Below are positions 12,149-23,050 of a DNA stretch of 64,000 bases, one piece after another. Each line of letters starts with the position of its first letter. Positions within the stretch are counted from its first letter, which is position 1. Origin of the DNA: Callorhinchus milii (lineage: Eukaryota); assembly GCF_018977255.1 (NCBI RefSeq), contig NW_024704743.1:27530001-27594000 (forward strand), given 5' to 3'. A program made the translations under genes and the position numbers. A model generated the notes under the pieces. That model had not been told where the DNA came from and did not search any database. It saw only the letters and a list, made by a program, of their open reading frames with translations.

Positions 12149-13954
12149 TCTAGACTTGGGTGGAATTTTCCCCTGTATATGAACTGCCTGTAGTCTCTAT
12201 TGAATATAAAACCAGTTTTTAGGCTTCAGGACAGTTGTTTCATTATTTAGCCACATATTTGATTCAAAAGTGAGAATATACTTCCTCACAGGCTGGCTAC
12301 ATGAAAGTGAGAAACAGAACTATCTTCTAAAGAAAGGTCAACTGAATGATGACCCAAAACAGTGGATTATATTCAGAAGAATTTACTTTATACTTTATAT
12401 CTTCCCGAAAAGCTTTGCAATTAACTGACTTCAAAAGAACAGGGCTAAACTATGGTTAAATACTTGTTCAATGTAGCTACAAAGTTGTGAGTTATTTCTC
12501 AAATGTAAAATATGCTTGAATTGAAACAATAAATATTAATTTTATTTTTAGAGTGTTTGACAATTTTATTGCGTGAGTTGGTACAGATCAGTCATTAAGA
12601 TTTCTTAATTAACATAATCTCTTAATCTTTTGATTTTTACATCCTACAGTTTTATCTGATACCACAGAAGCTTCAATCTTAAACCTTTCTTGATGTAAAA
12701 TGTTTGATCAAAATTAGATGCTAAGCATCTTAAATTGGGAGCTGGGTATCTAGCCAAGAATGTGACACCTTTAATAGATCCCCTTTTCTAGTATCTATCA
12801 AATCAATGGGTAAGTTCCTCTATTCATAAATCTACCAATATTAATTATCTACATAACTCCAAATCTGTATTCATTCTTTTTTTAAACTTAGAATTTTATA
12901 GCAAGTCATAAATGTATAAATGTATTTAGAAGTGCTGAAACTTGCTACTATTAGGATTTTATTTTACTCCACTGCTTTCTATTTCAATGGCATTGGTTAG
13001 CATTTATATTTGAAGGCAAAAGTGGTTCAGTGCAGCCTTTCTGTTATTACTTCCTCTTAGTCCTACCATTATCCAACCGATGAAAAGCATGGGTAATCTT
13101 CGGGGATGTGAAAAATCTGTGTGTTCTTTGAACCGTAGCAATTGAGCTTCTGCTTTACCACCTTTATATTCACAATTGCCTTGGCATATCTACAAAATAA
13201 TGTTGAGGATGATTATGATAACAATAAAAATAATAACAATAATAATCTTGTTTTTTAATATAAGACCTTTCATTTTGGGAGAACATCTCCAAGCGATTCA
13301 TAGGATTTTGTTGGGGAATGGCTACATTTTAGATATGTGAAATGGAACTATACTCTTGTGATTTTACATGCCATGAATCACACGAAGGACAGGTTAAATT
13401 TAAACCTAATAATAATGAATTGATAGATAAATTATTGAAAATATAAATAATAAGTAAAATGCCAACTCGCGTTTGTTATACTATCATACTGTTTTTCAGT
13501 TAACATTTGACTTAATTTAAAGACAGATTGTAATCTTTTTAACCAAGTTTACACTTTGGAAATGTTACACAATCAGGCAGCCGGAATTATTCAGGTGATA
13601 TTTATAAATAGCTTTAGTTTAATGTGTTCCAAAGTTGTTTGAGGTGAAGTGACAACATCAAACGCATGACTTTCTTAGTTCCATGAACAACAAATTTAGA
13701 GAGGAAACATATTCAGTCTGAAGAACCACATTAGATAGATTTCTGCTCAAAAATAATATCTTAGGATGCAGTATATAGTTTGGGCATGACATGTCAAGTG
13801 ACTGCCAGGATGGTGGAAGGTGAACTGGATGAACCTTTCGCCTAGCAAATTCTTATGTTTTTATGTTCTTAACCATGAGGCAAGCTTGCTACAGATAATT
13901 TAATGTTTGATTCTTGATTTAAAACATTTGAATGGACACTTTTTAGATGAAGAT

Positions 13955-14095
13955 TGATGGCTGTTTGGGAACATTGCTGTACACAAATTGGCTGCAACAT
14001 TCGTCTAAAAATATAGTTACTATACTTTACAGTAAATACTTTGAAACACTTTTATATGCCTTCCTAACATGAAAGGCGTTATGTCAAATACAAGA
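13955..14095 (+). mobile_element. SINE 3' half
   Basis: ATGGCTGTTTGGGAACATTGCTGTACACAAATTGGCTGC..ACTTTACAGT..CATGAAAGGCGTTATGTCAAAT. Confidence 0.75.
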
Positions 14096-14413
14096 AAAGT
14101 GATTATGGGCATAGGAAATCTATGCAACGTTCAAAAACTAGGAAAGTGATCCCTGATTTACCCTACTAAAGCGTATAATGCTTGCATTTACATTTCCGCT
14201 ATTTTCATTCTTTTGAAATCAAGAACCAATTTTAAAATATTTGGTAAAACTGCTGCCAAGAGTAAAAAGAGAGCCAATCCCCAAAGAATCCACAGATAAT
14301 TCCCAATCAGTGTTTAATTAGCTGATATCTGCTGGACAGTGTTGGGGCATTAAAGTAAATACCCTCTTTACCCCTGAACTAGGGAGAAGACAAATGAGAT
14401 GGGGTTCCCATGT

Positions 14414-14748
14414 GGAGTCCTGTAGCTCAGTGGTTAGAGCACTCGCTTTGCAAGCGAGAGACCTGAGTTCAATTCCAGGCAGGTCAGGGCGAAACCTTGG
14501 GCAGGTTTCCTTACTCCACACGCCTAATAATAATCCCTCCAAAATCAAAAAAACAATAATAAATTGGTCATTTTCAATCTACGACTGTTTGTGGGATATT
14601 GCTGTGCGCAATTGGCTGCCGCGTTCGCCCACAAATATGCAGTCAATTCACTTTACAGTGTGTTCTGTGAAGCGCTTTGGGACGTCCTCCCGACGTGAAA
14701 AGCGCTATATCAAATGCAAGGATTATTATTATTATTATTATTATTATT
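14414..14748 (+). mobile_element. Young tRNA(Ala/Val)-headed SINE, short subfamily, full length
   Basis: A box TAGCTCAGTGGT, anticodon arm CTCGCTTTGCAAGCGAG, B box GTTCAATTCC; CpGs retained; tail AGCGCTTTGGGACGTCCTCCCGACGTGAAAAGCGCT plus (TTA)n; near-identical to 27593-27900. Confidence 0.95.
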
Positions 14749-14989
14749 CCTGATTGCTGGATTCCTGTGTCTGGAAAATGTGGGCAATAATGAGATGAAA
14801 TGCCACTGATAGTATCCACTTTGAATGGATTTTGTTGACTAGCAGAATGTGTCATTCTGGGTGAGAATATGATTTATTTATGGGGCTCATCATTAGAACA
14901 CGCTGAATGGATCAATGGCCTTTTCCTTTCTGGTTATTTTCTTGACTTCATGAAAGTACCTGGCTGAATATGTTGATAAATAATTTCAA

Positions 14990-15085
14990 GAAGACTGGGA
15001 GGTTCTCCCCTCTCTTTTGAATAAATGCGTGGGATTTTTAACGTCCGATTGAACAGGCAGACTGGTCTTTGGTTTAATGTCTGAC
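14990..15085 (-). mobile_element. DeuSINE core fragment
   Basis: CCCCTCTCTTTTGAATA..GGGATTTTTAACGTCCGATTGAACAGGCAGAC..GGTTTAATGTCT. Confidence 0.7.
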
Positions 15086-17324
15086 CAACAATCCACCAGA
15101 TAAAATTAGTCATTCACTTCACTTATCAACCTTACTTATGCTAACCTCTCCTGTCCCCTTATCCTTGCTTAGCACTTAACCCAACCACAGTGAGGGCACT
15201 CCAAGACACTATACGGATTGAAAGGTGGTAAATAAAGGCCAATGATTGTTGTATTGACTATTCCAAATGATAACAACATCAACAATGGAGCCTTCTGCCT
15301 GCCATGGAATGGAGTTAAGGAGATTCCCCAAGGAATTCAGCTTATACTGTGAGCTCCATTACCCAATTTGGGGCTTAAACCCATGAATATCTGACTCAGA
15401 AATGAGAGTGCTACTAACTGGGCCAAACTGAATGGTTACATTAAATAAATTAGGTCATACAATGAAGTTATTGCTTTTGAGACATACACTGACTGCATTA
15501 TTTTTTCTATGGTAAATCATTAATACAGTATTATATTTTATTAAAGCACTTTTGAGATCTCTATGTTTATGTGGAAGGTCTTATATAAATGCAATTTTTT
15601 TTATTATTGTTTGATGAATTTGTAGTGATTATGTATTAGATGATCAATCCTTCATTATAAATATAATCAGCATAAACTAACTATATTGACTCTGCTGGCT
15701 GGTTAACAAGAATAATCATCTTAAATCAGAAGCAAACATAACCCCTTGACTTTCACAATACACATTAGAACTAACCTTTATTGTATTTATAATATTTACA
15801 GTAAATGACAAACTGAGAGCTTATTTGTGGTATAAGTTCATCCACCAGCAAGAACACTACACAGGAAGTAGATTTCATCAGTGCAAAGTTATGACTAATA
15901 ATAATCTTTGGATTTACTATGGTGCCTTTTACATCAGTAGACATTTCAAAGCACTTTACATGATGTTGCTGTAATGTATTTTGCAGACAAACCACAAACA
16001 GGTATGAAGTGCGTGACCATTTTTTTTTGGGTGGGGTGGGGGGACCTGGCACCTATGACAATAGAGCGGATTCAAAGTCCTGATATGGAGGTTCAAACCC
16101 ATAACCCTCTGACTCAAAACACGAGTGCTACCAACTGCACCAAGCTAAGACAAACTGAGCCAGGCTGAGACAAGTTGAATCAGGCTGTGTTCTCACGCAT
16201 CAGCAGATAATGCTTCCAAGGTAATCCCTTTTGCCAAATAATGAAATAATACCAAATTGGCTCAAACAGCAGGACAAATTGAGTCATGTTGGCCTTATTT
16301 CAGTTTAAAATCCCATCGCTGATAGATGACAGTTCTAAATTACTTTCTCAGTTTAGGATGTAATATGATCTGTTCAATGAGATTACTGCCTTGTAATAAT
16401 TCCTTTTCTTCACCAATCTCTGCATCCAACAGGACCTGCTGATTCCTAGCTCATGAGCGTATGCATCACGGCAACCATTACCTCAGAAGTGCAACATTTT
16501 AGGAGTTTATAAGAAAAACAGATCACACATCTCTGGGACGAGGAGACTGAAACATGCGAAAGGCAAGTTTTAGTTTCAAAGGGACTTTTTATGTGTTTTG
16601 ACAATCTATACTTTCATGACAGATAAAGATGGGTAGATGGCACTTTTAGCTCTTATCTGTTTTGATGAAGACATGAGAGATTAAAAAAAGCTTCTCATCC
16701 TACCCTTCATATGGTTCCCTAATGCCTAGTTTTTCACTCTAATGTTTCAGCAGAGATCAGAAATCTTCAGAGGAAATCAATTGCCCAGCTTCTTAATAGC
16801 TGCAGCTTCAGCAGGGAGCCTCATTAAATAACGTTCTAATCGCTGGATCATTGAAGAGGCATGCAGCCAACCCTGCTGATGTTATTATTCCCTGATTCCT
16901 TCTAGGATTTGCCTTTCACTAAAAAGAGATATAACAATGGACCAGAAAACCTGATCAAAATAAAGAGGTTCATTCCAGAACAACCTAATGAGGCACTTAA
17001 TTTTCAGAGGTCTAAGACTACTTGAAACATAGCACTAAATACAACTAGATCTATATTTTGCCCTTACTTTCTTAACCTGGTTGTTCACACTAGGGCTATG
17101 TTTCTACTTATGCCCGTTAATAGCTTTCTTCCATGTGTGAACCTAGGCACAATACTGTTCTTAATATTGCCAATCAGGAATGGGAGGCATATATAACAGC
17201 TGAGCCTTAGGACAGTCTGTCCTGAGCTGTCCTCACCCTATATCACACAAACAAACACACTTACTGTGGAGGGGTGTGGGAGGTCAAAGGGTAGTTATCA
17301 GCACCAGGCATATGCTCCAACATC

Positions 17325-18347
17325 TACATGATCCTCTTGGTGACATCACCTGTAGACAGGGTGTCAACTTCCACATGTATGCAGATGATACCCAATACTA
17401 CCTCTCCTCCTCCACCCTCGAATCCAGGACCACTGGTGTCCTCACAGACTGTCTGTCGGATGTCAAGTCCTGGATGAGAGCTAACTTTCTCCAGTTGCAT
17501 GTCAACAAGACTGAGGCTCTCCTGCTTGACTCCCATCAGCACCTCCATACCTCAGGAACTGACAGTATCACTCTTCATGGATGCACTCCATGAGGCCATC
17601 CAGAATGTTAATGTTATGTTCGACCCTCAACTGTCCTTCATCTGCCAGGTTTGGGCCATGATTCTGCTCCGCCTTTCCCCACCTCCACAATATTGCCCGG
17701 CTCCGCCAATGTCTCTCACTGTGAGCCACCGAGCTCTTCATTCACGCGTTCATCATATCCAGGCTTGACTATGCAAACGTCCTGCTTGTTGGCTTCCCCA
17801 ACTCCTAACTCCACATGCTTCAGATCATTCAGAATTCTGCCGCCAGTGTCCTCCCCTGCACCAGGCTCCGCAACCCTATCACCCACATCTTCATACTCCA
17901 CTGGCTCCAAATCGCTCAGGGAATACAGTTCAAGATCTTGATCCTCACCTTCAAAGCCTTCCACGGCCTTGCTCTTCCATACCTCTGTGACCCCCTAAAC
18001 CCCTACCAACCTATCTGCTCCCGCTATTCAGCAAGCTCCAGCCAGCTTCACTTCCCCCATCTTGCCCCCTATCATCATTGGCGGGCGGGCCTTCAGCCTC
18101 TCTGAACCCGTCCTCTGGAACTCCATCCCACAGTGCCTCAGCTTCAATCCCTCCCTTGTCTTCTTCAAAATCAGTCTCAAGACCCTCCTCTTTGACCCTG
18201 CCTTCGGTCAACCTCCTACCCCTACCCTCCCCGCCCTCCACCTCTCTTGATACCAACCACCAGCTTGGGTGTGGATTCCTGACTGCCTTACAACTTGGGA
18301 TGTCCTCCTGATGTGAAAACTCTATACAAATGTAATTTGTTGTTGCT
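17325..18347 (+). mobile_element. L2 LINE 3' fragment including the RT core, frameshifted
   Basis: [43 protein letters not shown], then LQIIQNSAASVL..LHWLQI; L2 tail. Confidence 0.92.
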
Positions 18348-19049
18348 GACTCATTTTTTTCCCTCTTCTATTAGGCAGAGCTCATTTTTATGGCTACCCA
18401 GTAATACTCCAGGTGAGGTCACCTGATTATTGACCAGGAATGAAACTTTGGTCCTCCCGCTCTGTACAGAAAGCACTTACGAATGATAATGTTATTAAAA
18501 TCTGAGGAGTAGCTTTATTCTTCGAATATTAACATGACGTAACTGAATAAAGTAACTATAATTACAATTTTCATTAAAAAAATAAACCGTTTTAGTTCTT
18601 CACTGATGACTGAAATAAATTAGTTAAGTGACCAGTGGACCATGCAAACCAGTAATGTCCCAGATGTGATCTCAAGGTATGCGAAACAAGTTGATCTCAG
18701 TCCTGTATGTCACAAAGTGTACTCTACAGTGAAAAAAAATCATGAAATGTAAGTGTGTTAACAGTTTAAAAAAAAAGTAATGGGTAGTAAAATAAATAAA
18801 ATGGGTCCTGAAACAGAGTCTCGATCATGGGTAAGATAAGAGGCTTGAATGGATTTTTGTGTTCCTACTTCCTCAAGACTATCCTCCGGGAGGAAGGGTA
18901 AGGGAAGCAGAGTCTCCTTGGAGCTGAACTGACTCCAAGGTGACATTCTTAATAACAGAACATTGATGATAATGAGACAACCCTCTGTGGCAGTCTCGGT
19001 AGTTCAGGTTTCGGTGACAGACCAGCTAAGCCCAATACATGGGAGGGGA

Positions 19050-19645
19050 AGCCAAGTCACTGCGGTAAAGGATTCTTCCCACTTGCTCCTGTTAATTCTT
19101 CAAGAAGAAGTCCAAACAGGTAGGATGGTCCCAGCTTGCCAGACCAGGTGGGTGTCGGCCTGGTTCAGTGGTAGCTCTGTCACCTCTGAGTCAGAAGGTT
19201 GTGGGTTCAAGCCCCACGTAGGGACTTGGAATCACATAGTCTAAGCTGACACTCCAATGGAGTGCTGGGGGAGTGTTGTATTATCAGAGTTGCCGTGCTT
19301 TGGATGAGACGTTAGACCGAGGTCCCATCTGCCTGTTCAGGAGGATGTTAAAGATCCCAAGGCACTATTAAAAAAGAGAAGGGAGTTTTTTTTCTCTCTC
19401 CCGGTGTCCTGACCAACAATCTCCAAAATTAAATTGGTCACTCACTCCAGGATTGTCTATACGACATTGCTAAATTATTCTCCAGAATTAGGTAAGCCAG
19501 GTGCATCTCTCCAGAGAGAGAGTGCGCGTTTCATTCCAGATACGGGGACAGTGTAGGTGGCATACTTCTGTGGAATTCTGTCTGGTTTGGATAGTCTTAA
19601 GCAAGGCTATAAGTTTCCACATGCAGCAGCGACCCAGTTGATCAA
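19050..19645 (+). mobile_element. RTE-like LINE 3' region (copy 2), interrupted by a DeuSINE
   Basis: 19050-19148 matches the minus strand of 38275-38375 and 33925-34000; 19478-19645 matches GAATTAGGTAAG..TTGGATAGTCTTAAGCA..CAGTTGATC. Confidence 0.7.
19152..19471 (+). mobile_element. DeuSINE-type SINE (tRNA head and Deu core, tail lost)
   Basis: GTGTCGGCCTGGTTCAGTGGTAGC..CTGAGTCAGAAGGTTGTGGGTTCAAGCCCCAC head; GATGAGACGTTAGACCGAGG..GTTAAAGATCCCAAGGCACTATT core. Confidence 0.85.
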
Positions 19646-19811
19646 TATGTAAACCTAAGAGAAAATGTGTAATAAGTAACTTGCATAATTATTTCATTGC
19701 CAGAACATTGCATTAGATGGTTGAACGAAGAACTATTGATACTTTGATTCCTGGTTTGAGGCAATAATAATAATAAAGTGGCAAATAAACCATTTTTTAT
19801 TCCAGGATATT

Positions 19812-20040
19812 ATAATAATAAATATAATTCTTGTATTTAATATAGCACCTTTCCCACATCATTGAGATCTCTCAAAGTACTTTACAAGATATATTATAAA
19901 GAGGTGTGACTGTGTGCATTTTGTGGCAGCCAATTTGTGCACCACAATGTCCCACAAACAGCCATGGAGGAGTGACCAATTTTAGTTGGAGAATTGTTTG
20001 CCAGGACACCAGAATGAACTCTTTTATTTTTTTGAATAGT
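19812..20040 (-). mobile_element. DeuSINE 3' half
   Basis: Reverse tail through AATGTCCCACAAACAGCCATGGAG..GCCAGGACACC. Confidence 0.75.
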
Positions 20041-21258
20041 CCAAATATAAACTGTATTATACATTAATATTAAAGAAATTCATAACTGCCAGTGTATAGC
20101 ACTCATCACTCATTAAATTTAGTAGCATAATCAAGGTCAGCATTAACATTGTCTAGAGATGGCAGCCCATAACTTTTACAAGATATTAGAAGAGCAAGAA
20201 TAGATTTGCTTTTAAAATGAAATTGCAAAACAGGTAACAGAAACCTTATCTGAAATCAGTTAAGGTAAAAATCATTAAAACCAACAACTTAGTGCTGGAT
20301 GTTAAAAAAAAACTGAGTGGGAAAACTGGACGAAGAATGAAAATATTACGTTATATTTTAAAGAAGCGGACTTAAAAGCAAGGCTTGAAGTACAAAATAT
20401 TATCCATGGCATAATGCCCAACAGAGAGAAGAAAATTCAGATTAATTTAATGTTTGGCTTTGAATCCCACTATCATCGAATGATCCCACTTCTCAAAAAG
20501 TAAAACAATCATTTTCTGAATACACCTGACTTGACTCAAATGGGATTGACACAAGATGGAAACTCAAACTCTGCAGTCAATGTTGCCTGTCATAAAATTT
20601 TCAATCGGATTTGTTATAAGTATTTAAGCAGAATTATCTTTTAGGCAGAATCTTGAAACGATTGACTCATTCTCCATCCTGTATTGGATACAGTCAACAT
20701 GGGTTAGAATAAATTGCTCCCTAATCACCCAACTTCTTACTAATGCTCTTTAAATCCCCGGGGCAGTTCCACACAGCAGGCATTTTGCGAGAGTGAAAGA
20801 ATACTGAATCATTTATAACTCTCCTTCACGTCTGTGATACGTTCACTGTACACAGTTTTAATTAAAACTGTCAACATTTTTAATATAAAATGAAAAAACA
20901 ATAATTGGAAGCACTGTTGTGTGATGTCAATAAAGTATTACGCCTCATATGCAGAATGTGGCTTTCTCTGGTCAGCATTGGATGCCAGAGAAAGCCACAG
21001 AGAGAGACCAGGTTCGCTTTGCTGACACTTCACTCTCTTAGATTTACCAACAGCTAGTTAATGGCCTGCCTGAAAAACCACTAGCCAATGTGGCAAGTTT
21101 TTAATCACACCAACAGATGTGGAATCAACAACTACGGCAATCTGATATAGGGTGTTTTTTTCCCTGACATTACTTGTTCCATGTTTTATTGATCAAATAA
21201 CTACCTATATAAAAATGGAACAGGTTGTGTTTCTGATTTATGAACATTGATAATTTTC

Positions 21259-22011
21259 ATTGTGTCCTTGTCTGGTTTGTTAAACAAGACAAAGCATTTT
21301 TCAAAGTCCAGTCTTTTAAAATATATGGATAGCAGAATGATTTGTTCTTTATTTAACAACGGGCTTGATAAATCAGATTTATCAAGTGGAATATTTATAT
21401 AAATTCAGGCCTCTGAGCATGAAGATATCAAAATTGTTGCCCGAAGCATATCTAATCAAACAAAACCATCTCTTTAGTGACATTTTCTGTTTGCATGTGT
21501 TGCCTATTTTCTCAGCTCAATTGTTTTTAGGATGTTTTGCTTTTTTGTTACATATTATAACTATGGTATACTGGAATTCTCTGACTTCTGTTGCATGCCC
21601 TGAAACAAGATTAAGCCCCAAAGCTGCTAAAATTTACCGGAACCAGAAGAAAATCCTGTCTGCGCCAATCAATTACACATTGTTTTCAAACAAACTCTGA
21701 AGAAAATTGAGCAACATAATTAAATTATTTTTTATCATTTATTTTTATATAAATTAAGCCATTGACATCCTTTGTTGAAATATAGATGGTAAAGTTCCTT
21801 AACATTTTTTGATATGACAATCATTACAGCATAACTTTGATCCCATATATCGCAATAAATATTAGCTCATATTGATATATATTGTGTGCTTGTCTGGTTT
21901 GTTAAACAAGACAAAGCATTTTTCAAGGTCCAGTCTTTTAAAATATATGGATAGCAGAATGATTTGTTCTTTATTTAACAACGGGCTTGATAAATCAGAT
22001 TTATCAAGTGG
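21259..22011. repeat. 131-bp direct repeat pair (21259-21389 and 21881-22011)
   Basis: Alignment by eye gives 129/131 identity at an offset of 622 bp; each copy holds the palindrome CTTGATAAATC-A-GATTTATCAAG. Confidence 0.95.
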
Positions 22012-22179
22012 GATCCTTATATATAAGTTTTGGCCATACTTTGAACTATCACAGATAAAAATTGTAGGTCAAGTTTATGAAATACTGGCATTGGTCAATT
22101 TATCCAAAAAGAATCCTGTTTTACTTTAATTGATGCAAGTAGTGAATTTTCCTAATATTTCATCAGCACTATGTTAACA

Positions 22180-22568
22180 ACATCAACAACAACAACTTGG
22201 ATTTATACAGCGTCCTCCATGCTGGACGGCGTCTCAGAGCGCTTTACAGTAACGGATCCCGGGGCCAAGCCAGGGGGAGGGGGAGGAAGGTGACCAAAGG
22301 CGCGGTCGAAGAGAAAGGTCTTCAGCAGAGACCTGAAAATAGAAAGAGAGGGAGCGAGACGAAGAGAGTGAGGAAGGGAGTTCCAGAGCCTCAGGACATA
22401 GTGGCTGAAGGCACGGCCGCCGAGGGTGGAGCGGAGGACTCAGGGGACAAGGAGGAGGCCAGACCCGGAAGAACGAAGGCAACGGGTATTGTTTTGAGGA
22501 AAGATGAGGTCAGAGAGGGAGAGGGGTGCAGAAGAGTGGAGGGACTTGAATACAAGGGTGAGGATAAC
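22180..22568 (-). mobile_element. L2 3' fragment of a second, CpG-rich subfamily
   Basis: (AAC)n reverse tail, TTTATACAGCG..CTCAGAGCGCTTTACAG, then AGGTGACCAAAGGCGCGGTCGAAGAG..GGGAGTTCCAGAG; the 3' UTR differs from the main L2 family. Confidence 0.8.
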
Positions 22569-22684
22569 TGTTAAATAACTATTAAAAGGTTAAATAGAAT
22601 AACTGACTATAAGACACAAGGGAAAACAGATTGTATCATAATTCTAACACTAAATTGTGTCATGTTGTGAATGATTAGTAAACC

Positions 22685-22738
22685 AAAGGATTGTTGGTAA
22701 AGTAAAGGATTGTTGGTAATCCAAAGGATTGTTGGTAA
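22685..22738. repeat. Tandem repeat, 19-bp period, three copies
   Basis: AAAGGATTGTTGGTAA at 22685, 22704 and 22723. Confidence 0.9.
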
Positions 22739-22844
22739 AATAAAGTTCAACAAAACCTCAATTGTATTCTCAGCTCAGATGCCCAGCCAGAATTGTCAAT
22801 TGCTTTGGACATCTTCCCCACATAAAAGGTGCTATTTAAGTGTT

Positions 22845-23050
22845 GTCCAGGACACAAGGAGAAACCTTTTCAAGTACAGTACTGTGTTGTTATCGAATCT
22901 TTAGCATCCACTTGAACAGCCAGATAGGACCTGGGTTTATCATTTCATCCAAAGAACAGCACATCCAACAATGCAACATATCCACACAATGCAAGGTTTC
23001 ACTGCGGTGTCAGCTTAGACTGTGAACTCAGGGCCCAGTGTGATTTGATC
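22845..23050 (-). mobile_element. DeuSINE fragment
   Basis: CCAGGACAC..ATCTTTAGCATCCACTTGAACAGCCAGATAGGACC..GGTGTCAGCTTAGACTG. Confidence 0.7.

Noticed and set aside
14414..14485. tRNA-Ala/Val gene (and similar heads at 1773, 5378, 27593, 28356, 41902)
   Set aside because: There is no proper acceptor stem, the anticodon varies between copies, and each head continues into SINE body and tail. These are SINE heads, not tRNA genes.
21259..22011. LTR pair of a TRIM or mini-retrotransposon
   Set aside because: The homology does not end in TG..CA, the TGG follows both copies, and I see no polypurine tract or TSD.
22685..22738. CRISPR-like array
   Set aside because: The spacers are only 3 bp, the context is eukaryotic and there are no cas genes; this is a simple tandem repeat.
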